Shown here one piece after another: positions 31,196 through 40,445 of a stretch of 64,000 nucleotides of DNA. How positions within the stretch are numbered: the first letter of the stretch is position 1; every line of letters begins with the position of its first letter. The notes beneath the pieces are model-generated. The model saw only the letters and a list, made by a program, of their open reading frames with translations, did no database searches and was not told the origin of the DNA. The stretch is from Gammaproteobacteria bacterium (GTDB taxonomy: Bacteria; Pseudomonadota; Gammaproteobacteria; CBDDKY01). The stretch covers positions 196,039 to 260,038 of the forward strand of contig CBDDKY010000003.1 of NCBI GenBank assembly GCA_965230455.1. Reading direction: 5' to 3'. A program made the position numbers and the translations under genes.

Positions 31196-31687
31196 TTATT
31201 TTACTGGCTCCACATGATTAATACTTATTGACTGTGAATTTAGCCGAACTGTAATATTTATGGCTTTGTAAGCTTTAGGTAAAGCCACAATAGCTCGCCA
31301 GTGCGCCTGTTCAATATTACGATAACCCGCAGTGATGCCTAAGAAACGAGAACCTTTCGTTATCGTTTCATGAAGTGTTCGACTTTCATCGGGTTTTAAT
31401 TCCACACTGTCTCTATCTAAAAGTGCAGCGCCCAACACATCGGCAGCTTGCTCATTTAATGGTTTAAAGTTTGCTTTTTTAAATGCATCGACGCGCGTTA
31501 ATTGATAAATATCAATAACAAGTGGTGAGGCTCTACCGCTACTATCAGGATTTAGATATTTTGCCGTGTTTAAAGAAAAAACCGCCTGGGGCGTGGTGTT
31601 CTGAGCACAACCTGAGAGCAACAATAAGAGCCCGACTATTTTCCAAAAGCCTCCTAAAACTTGCTGTTCATTCATCTTAAGCTGCAT
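31196..31687 (-). CDS. tssJ: T6SS lipoprotein TssJ
   Basis: Lipobox LLSGC, LNPDSSGRASPLVIDIYQL, FLGITAGYRNI..WR. Confidence 0.92.
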   Translation of the reverse strand: MQLKMNEQQVLGGFWKIVGLLLLLSGCAQNTTPQAVFSLNTAKYLNPDSSGRASPLVIDIYQLTRVDAFKKANFKPLNEQAADVLGAALLDRDSVELKPDESRTLHETITKGSRFLGITAGYRNIEQAHWRAIVALPKAYKAINITVRLNSQSISINHVEPVK

Positions 31688-32183
31688 TTGCTGTCACAAG
31701 ATCATAGCTTGAGCTTACGGGGCCTTGTGCTTTTGCTTCTTCATCGGAAGGAATATAACGCACCTCAATATGGGTATAGTTGAGTCCAATATGCTCTAAT
31801 GGCTTCTGGAAAGATTTTTTTTCCTCGCCTGCTTTTGCTTCTTCAGCATCTAATTCATACTGACTGACCATAACTTTTTGCAAGGTGATTTCCATATAGG
31901 TTGTCACATCTGCTCCACTGCGCACCACTGATAACACCACCTCATCAATGGGGCCCATGCTTAACGCTTGCTGAAACCAAAGCGGGGTGGTTTTATCTAC
32001 TTCTTTCGTTATTAAAATATCGCTTAAGCTCGGTTTACTGTTCTCTCTATCGCTCTGCCGCCCAACTTCCCCCGGATAGTTTCGGCTAATATAAAAGCGC
32101 ATATGACGTATGTTAATTTGTTGCTCAAACCCTTTAGTGGTGATATCACCCTCTATACCACTGGCTTTTAGATAAATACTCAT
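31677..32183 (-). CDS. hcp: Hcp/TssD tube protein
   Basis: IYLK..GIEGD, PSLSDILITKEVDKTTP, YMEITLQKVMVS, EHIGLNYTHIEVRY, SYDL. Confidence 0.92.
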   Translation of the reverse strand: MSIYLKASGIEGDITTKGFEQQINIRHMRFYISRNYPGEVGRQSDRENSKPSLSDILITKEVDKTTPLWFQQALSMGPIDEVVLSVVRSGADVTTYMEITLQKVMVSQYELDAEEAKAGEEKKSFQKPLEHIGLNYTHIEVRYIPSDEEAKAQGPVSSSYDLVTANAA

Positions 32184-32349
32184 ATTTTTATCCTCATTAA
32201 ATAAATATTCTAAAATGGATAGGTTCATTATACCCAATAAATTCATTTTTGCAATATTTTTTATTTGCTTTATGCGTTTTCTGTCTTATTCATTTTTATT
32301 CAAATAGTTATCGCTTAATCCTGCCTTAAGGTTTGTTTGTTATCGTTTA

Positions 32350-33828
32350 TTGAAATTAGAAACGCTTGGAATACTTCACGTGAAAAACAACCCCTTTGTT
32401 AAAGCAAAAAGGAATCTCCAGACATTGCTTAATAGACTTGAGACACCTAAGGAAAAGCTAAGCCTTGTGACTTTTAAAAAAGATGAACTGTCTATTGATG
32501 AAAAGCCGGTCAGTATGCTCTGGGTTCCCGAAGAAAATTGCCACTTTGTTTTAACACCGTTGGGCGGTGGTGCTAATGCAACAGCCTATGTCATTAGAGG
32601 GTACGTAGGCCAAGCTAAATCAGCTTTTACACCGGCCAAAGCACCATTAGAAGTCCTTAAGATTTCCACGCCAGAACTGCGTGAATCTCTTCCACAACAG
32701 GAACAGCCTTATGCAAAAGCCCAAGTGGAAAATAAAGCATCCATCGCCGTAGGCATTGCCCCGAAGAGAGCTAAGGTCTATTCTCTAGAAGAAAAAAGTG
32801 AATATGGTACAACTATTTGCCATGTTTCTCGCCAATACCTAATCCCGGGGGAAAATCTAGCTGACTACTTAGACAGTCGTAGAAATCTCGATTTTAACGC
32901 ACGCGCTACAATCATCCAGGCAGTATTAGCTGCAGCACGCTATCAATTAAACCGTGGTTGGGCACATCTAGACTTGAAACCCGATAACATCATGTATGAT
33001 GAAAAAACAAATACCGCCTACATCATCGACATGGGTGAGGCGATATATATGGGCAAAGCCCATGAGCTTCAGGTAAGTAACTTTTTTAATTTTGCAAGCA
33101 CCTATTCAGCGCCAGAGTCAGAAAAAAACAAGACGGAAGGACATACCTATAAGCTACATAAAAATACCGACCTGTACAGCCTTGGTAAGGTTGTTCGTGC
33201 CATTATGTTTGGACGAGAATCCACAGAAAGCTTTCAAAATGACACGCTTGAGAACCATAGGTTATCAACCCGTCAGTTGTTGACCAAGAAAAGAGTAACC
33301 AAAGAGACGCACCCTCACTTGCTAGGAAACACCAATAAAAAGCACCTACTTAAAATAGCTACGCTTTGCGATATGATTTGCCAGGCACCTCCTGAAAAAC
33401 GCCCCTCTGTCAGTGCTATTCAAGCCAGTGTGGCAACTATTTCGGGTGTTCCAGCTCAAACATTTCAACCTCTCAAAAAAGGTCTGTTAAGTACCCTGAG
33501 CCAACCGTTTAAAAGCGCGGCTAGAATCCTCAGAAAAGCAGGTGGTTATTTCTTTTCACACGCTAAAACAACCGATGACATCCCTACTCATGCTAAAAGA
33601 AAAGTAAGGTTAACTCGTAGCAACTCCTTTACAGAAGGCATGAACCCCTATGCGCCTGGCAGGTTGAATAACCAGAGCACAACCGCCCAAACACAAGGTG
33701 AACACTACACACATCCTGCGCTTTTACGCGGACATTTAAGTTTTCCTCGCAAAGTAGAAGCTTTTACACAAGAAACCAACCTATCACAACAAGCAGCGCT
33801 TTCTTATGGAGTGACAAGCCCAATGTAG
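32350..33828 (+). CDS. Eukaryotic-like Ser/Thr protein kinase, candidate secreted effector
   Basis: Gly loop LGGGANATAY, LKI, catalytic HLDLKPDNIM, DMG, YSAPE, DLYSLG. Confidence 0.85.
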   Translation: MKLETLGILHVKNNPFVKAKRNLQTLLNRLETPKEKLSLVTFKKDELSIDEKPVSMLWVPEENCHFVLTPLGGGANATAYVIRGYVGQAKSAFTPAKAPLEVLKISTPELRESLPQQEQPYAKAQVENKASIAVGIAPKRAKVYSLEEKSEYGTTICHVSRQYLIPGENLADYLDSRRNLDFNARATIIQAVLAAARYQLNRGWAHLDLKPDNIMYDEKTNTAYIIDMGEAIYMGKAHELQVSNFFNFASTYSAPESEKNKTEGHTYKLHKNTDLYSLGKVVRAIMFGRESTESFQNDTLENHRLSTRQLLTKKRVTKETHPHLLGNTNKKHLLKIATLCDMICQAPPEKRPSVSAIQASVATISGVPAQTFQPLKKGLLSTLSQPFKSAARILRKAGGYFFSHAKTTDDIPTHAKRKVRLTRSNSFTEGMNPYAPGRLNNQSTTAQTQGEHYTHPALLRGHLSFPRKVEAFTQETNLSQQAALSYGVTSPM

Positions 33829-33918
33829 AAAGCCTATTGAATCTTCTCTTTTTTGTAGCCAATAGAGAAGTTTGCTATGATGAGGGCCTTATAGTTCGGT
33901 AAAAAGTAGTCCTATCAC

Positions 33919-34593
33919 ATGGGAAGAGTCGGATTTTTCAACAGATTGTGCATTTTAGTGCTCGGCGCCACGCTAACCGGCTGTGGCATTGTGACATCAG
34001 AAAACTCACAGCCTAAATTCACCCCCACACTCACTACCTCCAATGTCCATGTGGCTGGGCTAGATTTAGGGCGCAACCGGGAAAAAACGTCCGAAGATAC
34101 AGGACTTATTACGGCCATCAGACAGGGGTTTGATGACAGCCTAGGCACCAACGCCAACCTTGCCGATAAATTACGCCAGCAAGGTATACAAGCCTACCAA
34201 CAAGGCGACCAAATCCATATCATCATGAGCAATCACATGCTCTTCAGGCCAGGCACCACGATACTCATTCCCAGTAGCTATCCTAAGCTAAACAATGTCG
34301 TCCCGCTATTACAGCGCTACAAACCTTCTCCTATTATTATTACGGCCTACAGCGATAACACCGGCTCCAAAGCTTATTTGCAAGAACTCACCCACTTCCA
34401 AGCAGAACGCGTAAAGTCTTATCTCTGGGCTCAGGGTATTCCTGCTGAGCGTATGGAAACCAAAGGCGGCGCAGACACTAACCCCATTGCCAGCAACGCT
34501 ACCCCTCAAGGCAAGGCTTTTAACGACCGTGTAGAAATCAGAACCACACAGCCCATTCATAATGCTGGCATTTTGCCCTTTGGGTTTTATTAG
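33919..34593 (+). CDS. OmpA-family lipoprotein (CmpA/DotK-like)
   Basis: Lipobox LTGC, LRQQGIQAYQQGD, AYSDNTGS, PIASNATPQGKAFNDRVEI. Confidence 0.85.
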   Translation: MGRVGFFNRLCILVLGATLTGCGIVTSENSQPKFTPTLTTSNVHVAGLDLGRNREKTSEDTGLITAIRQGFDDSLGTNANLADKLRQQGIQAYQQGDQIHIIMSNHMLFRPGTTILIPSSYPKLNNVVPLLQRYKPSPIIITAYSDNTGSKAYLQELTHFQAERVKSYLWAQGIPAERMETKGGADTNPIASNATPQGKAFNDRVEIRTTQPIHNAGILPFGFY

Positions 34594-34604
34594 GGTCTGT
34601 TGAC
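34591..34604. mobile_element. Solo end of MITE family C overlapping the OmpA-gene stop codon
   Basis: TAGGGTCTGTTGAC, identical to the ends at 45049 and 53414; no partner end found. Confidence 0.5.
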
Positions 34605-34933
34605 TTGGCGCTGTGTGAGAAAACTCTTAAAGATAGAGGCGCTAAAGGCGCAAAAAAATAGCTTTGATGCGGTTTTTTTGGATAAGTTCACTGTAACATA
34701 TTGATTTTAAACGACTTAAGGTAAAGTTTATTCTAAAAAACAAAGTCTGAATTTTGTGCTTTATTTATAGGGTGGTGACAAAAAGATACCGTTTGGTATC
34801 ATGTTTTTTCGACGTTCAAGGATGAGTGTCGAAGGAACTCAAGGAAGAGTTCCTTACAAGGATGTTTATCAGGCAAAGGATTTGCCTGGGGCAAGCTGAG
34901 AAAGGGTTTTCCGCAAGGTTAACCCTTTCTTTT

Positions 34934-35449
34934 TTACTGCAGCTTATTCCTCTTAAAACTCAATAACACCAACACCCCTAGTCCAAGAAAAGCCACAAAG
35001 CTCCATTCAGGAATACTCATTCCCCACAAAGTCCAAACAACTTTTGCGCAGTCGCCTGTTCCTCTAAATAGCACTTGTACCGTTTCGCTTAAAGGAAAGT
35101 GTTTCAGCATAAACGCTAAATCAGGACCGCAGGCAGGCACCTGCCCTGCCGGCAAGTGCTGCAACCAAATTTGCCGTCCTGCAAAAAATAGCCCCGCACT
35201 TGCTAGCATTAATAGCAAGACCCCATAGACTATTTGCACAAAACGAGAAGCCCGCTGCAAAGCAGCTATCAAAAATACAAGTCCCATTCCAATGATCATC
35301 ACGCGCTGCATAATACACAACGGGCATGGTGCAAGACCTTTGACCAACTCTAAATACAACGCCATACCCATTAAAGCCGCACACAGGCAAAAGCCTAATA
35401 CGTAAAGCTTTCGAGCAGCAACCACTATGCCTCTTCCTCTTGCGTCCAT
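34934..35449 (-). CDS. dsbB: Disulfide bond formation protein B
   Basis: PCPLCIMQR, QIWLQH, PACGP, GTGDCA, SIPEWS. Confidence 0.95.
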   Translation of the reverse strand: MDARGRGIVVAARKLYVLGFCLCAALMGMALYLELVKGLAPCPLCIMQRVMIIGMGLVFLIAALQRASRFVQIVYGVLLLMLASAGLFFAGRQIWLQHLPAGQVPACGPDLAFMLKHFPLSETVQVLFRGTGDCAKVVWTLWGMSIPEWSFVAFLGLGVLVLLSFKRNKLQ

Positions 35450-35754
35450 GTTGTCAAAATCTCAATGATTTTTAAGGCTTGATCACGACTAGAGATATTA
35501 AATTTAGATTTCTGGCGGTAAGTCCCATCACGTTTTTGGTAACGGCGAATGGAGTATTTCACTGGTGAATATTCCGATTTGCGGTTATCCCAGTCTTGAT
35601 AACGATAAACCAAGGTGGCCCACGCGCCTTTGGTCAATACTTTTTTGTCTAATTCTTTAACGGTGGTCACACCATTTTCTATATATTCAATGGTTAGTTC
35701 ATCAACGGTTTCAGCCATGGTAGAATCCTTTGTTACTTTAGCGTCTGTTGACAT
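35425..35754 (-). CDS. Conserved hypothetical protein; native start probably MAETV at 35718
   Basis: KGAWAT..YQDWD..YSIRRYQK..YRQKSKFNISS looks like a conserved small protein. Confidence 0.75.
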   Translation of the reverse strand: MSTDAKVTKDSTMAETVDELTIEYIENGVTTVKELDKKVLTKGAWATLVYRYQDWDNRKSEYSPVKYSIRRYQKRDGTYRQKSKFNISSRDQALKIIEILTTWTQEEEA

Positions 35755-35781
35755 TTCATCTTTGCCAGTGAAGTGTCAACA
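35743..35781. repeat. Minimal family-C hairpin (two ends, no body)
   Basis: GTCTGTTGACATTTCAT..GTGAAGTGTCAACA. Confidence 0.6.
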
Positions 35782-35792
35782 AGCTCTATCAT

Positions 35793-36069
35793 CCTAAAAT
35801 CAGCAGTAAATCGCGCTTTTTTGGTGTAACAGATTGATTTAGATAAGGAAACTAAAAAGGGAAATAAGCAATGACTGCGACAGACATCCTGTCGCAAGGC
35901 TCTTGTTCTTATCACTCCCAGCTCGGACATCCTGTCCTCGCGCTCACCAGACTGCGATGTGCCACTGGCACATCGTTCTGGTTCACCCTTATTGGTGATG
36001 GAGACTTTTTTTTTCTTAGATGAATCAAAATGTTATCGCCAAAAACGTGATTTAACTGCTGATTTTAGG
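35793..36069. mobile_element. MITE family B (277 bp)
   Basis: Near-identical to 2285..2564; ATCAT target duplication. Confidence 0.9.
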
Positions 36070-36109
36070 ATCATGTCGGTGGTAAATTTAACAAAATAAG
36101 ACGTAGGGA

Positions 36110-36760
36110 TTATAGGCTGTTAAGCTCGCGTTTGCGAGCAATTCCTTCAGTTAGCGTAATAATAACACGACCCTTTTTGTGAGGCTCTATGGCCAATGAG
36201 CGCCCAGCCCCATCATAGCCCGTATATAGACTATCTTCCGCAATTTTTGCTGATAACGAACTTTCGGCAGTTTGAAGACTATTAAAGCTTTTTTCGTAAG
36301 CTGAGCCAACACTAATGGTGAGAGGGTAATAAAAACCCATAGCTCGAACCTGCTGTGAACATCGCTTATAATCAGCACGATAGTAATTAACCAGTGCATT
36401 GACCAATACCGGTAACTCAGCATTATTGAAGTATTCAATGAGTTTGCTATCATCAGCATAAGCATACTCAAAATGACAGCTTAACGATTCTTTTACATCA
36501 CTAATATGACGTGGCACGCTTTCCTGCTCATTAACGATAATGCGTTGAAGCGTTCGACTCTCTCTTTTGCCAAAAAAAGTTTCCCGCTCAACGTGGAAAT
36601 CTTCACACCCTAGTTTTAGCAATCGCCCTTCGCAGTCATAAGCAGCAACTCTATCCTGTTCTTCTACTACCCAAGATTCTAAATAACACCGTATGTGTTC
36701 AATAGAAAAATAAGGAACTATGTTGTAAAGTGGTTCACCAATTAAGAGAGGATATTGCAT
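36110..36760 (-). CDS. Hypothetical protein with an internally duplicated small domain
   Basis: YPL.I...AYDCEGRLL recurs as YPLTI...GYDGAGRSL. Confidence 0.65.
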   Translation of the reverse strand: MQYPLLIGEPLYNIVPYFSIEHIRCYLESWVVEEQDRVAAYDCEGRLLKLGCEDFHVERETFFGKRESRTLQRIIVNEQESVPRHISDVKESLSCHFEYAYADDSKLIEYFNNAELPVLVNALVNYYRADYKRCSQQVRAMGFYYPLTISVGSAYEKSFNSLQTAESSLSAKIAEDSLYTGYDGAGRSLAIEPHKKGRVIITLTEGIARKRELNSL

Positions 36761-36970
36761 TAAAATCTATCCCAAAAGCTCTTATCGTCTTTATGTTTCT
36801 GCCACGGCCTATGTCTGCGCATACTAACACAATAGTCAATTAAATTACAAATGGAAGTGCTTTTTAAATTTATTCTTTGTAAAGATAGGCTAAAATCTTA
36901 AACCTGTGTCAACATAGACTCCATACACGAAAAAAATGAATGGCCAACAGACCCTAATAAAAGTCGGGCT

Positions 36971-37387
36971 TCACTCACCACCTTGAACTTCACTTAGCTC
37001 TACTAATAACTGCAATGCGCTTTCTCCATTAAGCTGGCAAAAATTCTCATCCTCAAAACCAAATCGTTGCAATACATGTTGTACCGCTGTTGTGTCGCCG
37101 GCATACCCCATTTGCCACTTAGAAAATAGCCTACTCTGAATAGGTTCTTTCGCAAGCACTTTAATGTCATCATGACGAAAATCTTCAGCAATTTTATCAA
37201 AAATATGATGGACGTTCTCCTCGTCACCTTCAAGCGTTTGAAGAAAATAGTTTGAATCATAGTACAACATACCACACACATCACTGCGGGCATTATTTTT
37301 GCGCGCCGACGCAAGTATACTTTTTATGTCGGCCAACCGAATATCCAAATCAGCTTCACTGCTGTAAATCAGGCGTACCATGCTCAT
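36971..37387 (-). CDS. Stand-alone BLUF blue-light/FAD sensor
   Basis: RLIYSS, ILASARKNN, GMLYY..YFLQTLEG, DFRH, RLFSKWQM. Confidence 0.93.
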   Translation of the reverse strand: MSMVRLIYSSEADLDIRLADIKSILASARKNNARSDVCGMLYYDSNYFLQTLEGDEENVHHIFDKIAEDFRHDDIKVLAKEPIQSRLFSKWQMGYAGDTTAVQHVLQRFGFEDENFCQLNGESALQLLVELSEVQGGE

Positions 37388-37476
37388 TATTACTTCTCCA
37401 CTTTGCGCATATTTTTAAAGTTATCGACCGAAGGGCCGATTAATTAACTAACTAAGTATAGCAGACTGGAAAAAAC

Positions 37477-39183
37477 ATGAAATATAGCTGTTACATTCTG
37501 TATGATGAGAGTAACCACGACGTACTGGAGCAATTGCGTCAATATCTTGACAGTGGGTTTGCTATTACCTTTATTCCTTTAGCTATGCCATTAAAAGAAA
37601 TAAAACAAGCAATCATGTCAAGTAAAACCATCCACTTGTTGATTATTATTAGCACACACTTTACCAATCAACTTGACTCACTGGTAAAAATGACTAAAGC
37701 AAAAAAGCATTTTGCATGTGCTTATTTAGGCAATACACCTGTCCAGGATCCCTTTATTGACTTTGCTGACGATTATCAAAATTTTTTAACAAATGCAGAA
37801 GCAAATGCAAAACTTCTGATTTTTTTAGCGAAAACTTCAGCTCATAAACAGAGGGAAATTGCTGTTTATCAAGCCAAAATTGATTTACTATCACAGCTAA
37901 CACAGTTAACTCGCGCTGAAAATAGTGTAGATACCTGTATTGATAAACTGACACAAAATCTCGCTGCGCTTTGCCAAGCAGAGCATGTTTTAGTATTCAA
38001 TAATTATAAAGACTATGAAGTTGTTATTGGTGATAAAAACATAAAAATTGAAACACCAATACCTGTTAGCAAAGCAATGGAACAAAAAAAAGTAAAAGTT
38101 TGTTTTGAGGAAAATAGCGATGAACTTCAAAAAATAACCGATAAAAAAACGAGAATAGCAGGCTCACTAACCTTTCCTATTATTTGTAACAAAGAAATAA
38201 TACGAACCATACATTGCTATATCCCTGAAGATGTACTTGAAATCATTACACTAGAAACAATCAGCCTAATTGAACAAGCCTGTCGACAATTGCAAATCAT
38301 TCTGGAACGAAAGAAGGCCATGCTTGATTTAGAAACCCAGCATCAAACCCTCAAACAAACACTACACGAGTTGGAAACAACCAAAGAGCAGCTATATCAA
38401 TCAGAAAAACTCGCAGCTATCGGACAACTTTCAGCAGGAATTGCTCATGAAATAAACAACCCATTAGCCTTTGTTAACAGTAATTTTAAAGCGCTGAAAT
38501 CCTATATTGTAACGCTGCAAGAAGCTATCAACATGCATGGAAAACTTATCCAGCAATTACGCGCCCCCCAAAACCCGACTATTGACCTCACCAACTTTGA
38601 TAAAACCTACAAAAAGTCACAAATAGATTTCATTGTAAATGACTTAGATAGCCTAGTTGCAGATTCAACAGAAGGATTAAGTCGAATTCATGATATTATT
38701 AACAACCTATTAACCTTTACCCGTAAGGATAACACGGGAACTGATTTTTTTAATGTCAATCAAGGCATAGAGTCAACATTAAAAATACTAAACAATCAAA
38801 CTAAATATGGAATCACCATCAATAAAAAACTCGAAGAGATACCCTGTATTAACTGTAATGCAGGCCTTCTCAATCAGGTTTTTTTAAACGTATTACAAAA
38901 TGCCATTCATGCTGTCGATGGCAAGGGAGAAATTACAGTCAAAACATCAGCAAATGACCATAATGTTTTTGTCAGTATTCGGGATAATGGCTGTGGTATT
39001 CCCGATGAAATCAAGCGTGACATATTTAATCCTTTTTTTACCACCAAAGATGTCGGCAAAGGAACAGGGTTGGGGCTGTCTATTTCCCACTCAATTATCG
39101 AAAAACATAAGGGAAAAATTAACATTAACTCTACGACGGGTGAATTTACTGAGTTTACTATCGAGCTTCCCATTAATTGTTAA
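37477..39183 (+). CDS. Cytoplasmic sensor histidine kinase with GAF-like region and unusual N-terminal domain
   Basis: QSEKLAAIGQLSAGIAHEINNPL, QVFLNVLQNA, DNGCGI, FFTTKDVGKGTGLGL. Confidence 0.92.
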   Translation: MKYSCYILYDESNHDVLEQLRQYLDSGFAITFIPLAMPLKEIKQAIMSSKTIHLLIIISTHFTNQLDSLVKMTKAKKHFACAYLGNTPVQDPFIDFADDYQNFLTNAEANAKLLIFLAKTSAHKQREIAVYQAKIDLLSQLTQLTRAENSVDTCIDKLTQNLAALCQAEHVLVFNNYKDYEVVIGDKNIKIETPIPVSKAMEQKKVKVCFEENSDELQKITDKKTRIAGSLTFPIICNKEIIRTIHCYIPEDVLEIITLETISLIEQACRQLQIILERKKAMLDLETQHQTLKQTLHELETTKEQLYQSEKLAAIGQLSAGIAHEINNPLAFVNSNFKALKSYIVTLQEAINMHGKLIQQLRAPQNPTIDLTNFDKTYKKSQIDFIVNDLDSLVADSTEGLSRIHDIINNLLTFTRKDNTGTDFFNVNQGIESTLKILNNQTKYGITINKKLEEIPCINCNAGLLNQVFLNVLQNAIHAVDGKGEITVKTSANDHNVFVSIRDNGCGIPDEIKRDIFNPFFTTKDVGKGTGLGLSISHSIIEKHKGKININSTTGEFTEFTIELPINC

Positions 39184-39262
39184 GATATACTTATTATGCT
39201 AACGCGCCACTCAACTTTCTAACGCACAATAATAGGCTTTTATCTACCGCTAGGAATAATCT

Positions 39263-40357
39263 AGGACTTACGCATTGACAACGGCATCATTTTTTGAACG
39301 GGCGTTGATGTATTCACGAATGACTTTGACATATAATTCCTTCTTCACCTGATACCAATGTGAAATTTCCTTGTTTAACCGCATAAATTCTAGCTTCACA
39401 TAAGCCTTTATGGCGCAAATATGATTTTTTATAGGATTTTCGTTACGTACTTGAAAGCGTTCAACGTTACACACTTGTTTAATGGCACGATGAAATCTCT
39501 CTATATTCCAGTGCGCATCATGTACTCTAGTGAAATCAACCTTCGTGATACTTTCCAGGTTAGCACGCTCAAATGTGCTCATGATATAATAGCGATATGA
39601 TTTTTTGTATATCTGTCTAAATATCTTCACCATGCCATAATCCTTTAAGTAAAGTGTTGCAGAATCATCAGATGACCAGCCTTCAAATTTTTGTATTTGA
39701 ATGTACTCACCACGCGTTTCTGAAATGACACGGTTGCTTTCAATCCCAAACATGAAATTTAGGTTTTGCTTACGAATAAACTTTAAATTGTTCAAGCTTG
39801 AATACCAGCTATCGCCAGTTACCCAGGCGGGCTTTAGTCCCCAAGACAGCACCTCTAGCAGCATGTCTTTAAAATAATCATTCTTAGTTTTACCCACTTT
39901 CTTATTAACAAGTCTGAAATTAACCGGCACAGAAACACCTTTTATATCAGTGTAAAATAGCGTTATTAAATTTATTCCTTTGACAGACCGCTTATGCTTC
40001 CCAGACCAAAACCAATCTATAAATACAGCCTTGCTTGGGTCACTATAAGGCTTATCCAGCACTGAATCATCAACACTGAGTACGCCGCCTGTTAACTCAA
40101 TTTTATTTTTTTCTTCATCATATAAATCTTTTGGCTCAAATCGTTCGCGTACTAAAAATCGGTTCACGCTATCGTGCGAAACAGTTTCCATAATATCCCC
40201 TAGCCGTGTACAACTTGTGTATTGCGGGTCGCTAAGTAGATAGGAAATGTAAATATCTTCGTTACAACGTGCCGTTGATGGCTTCTTTTTGAGCAGCATA
40301 CCCACCTCCTTGCAAAAAGGAAGCATTTTAACAGAATATTGTCAATGCGTAAGTCCT
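39263..40357 (-). mobile_element. IS701-family insertion sequence, apparently intact
   Basis: Perfect terminal inverted repeats (T)AGGACTTACGCATTGACAA at 39262-81 and 40339-58. Confidence 0.88.
39268..40326 (-). CDS. IS701-family transposase
   Basis: SHDSVNRFL, VDDSVLDKPY, TGDSWYSS, WNIERFHRAIKQ. Confidence 0.9.
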   Translation of the reverse strand: MLPFCKEVGMLLKKKPSTARCNEDIYISYLLSDPQYTSCTRLGDIMETVSHDSVNRFLVRERFEPKDLYDEEKNKIELTGGVLSVDDSVLDKPYSDPSKAVFIDWFWSGKHKRSVKGINLITLFYTDIKGVSVPVNFRLVNKKVGKTKNDYFKDMLLEVLSWGLKPAWVTGDSWYSSLNNLKFIRKQNLNFMFGIESNRVISETRGEYIQIQKFEGWSSDDSATLYLKDYGMVKIFRQIYKKSYRYYIMSTFERANLESITKVDFTRVHDAHWNIERFHRAIKQVCNVERFQVRNENPIKNHICAIKAYVKLEFMRLNKEISHWYQVKKELYVKVIREYINARSKNDAVVNA

Positions 40358-40362
40358 ATAAT

Positions 40363-40413
40363 CCTAAATTCCGCCGTTGATATCGTCGCGAGGCTGACTA
40401 AGTCGCTGAAGGT
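40363..40413. mobile_element. Truncated family-A' MITE end
   Basis: ATAAT then CCTAAATTCCGCCGTTGATATCGTCGCGAGGCTGACTAAGTCGCTGAAG, after which similarity is lost. Confidence 0.7.
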
Positions 40414-40445
40414 AAGCGGATAGTTTTAAAAATTATTTGATGATA

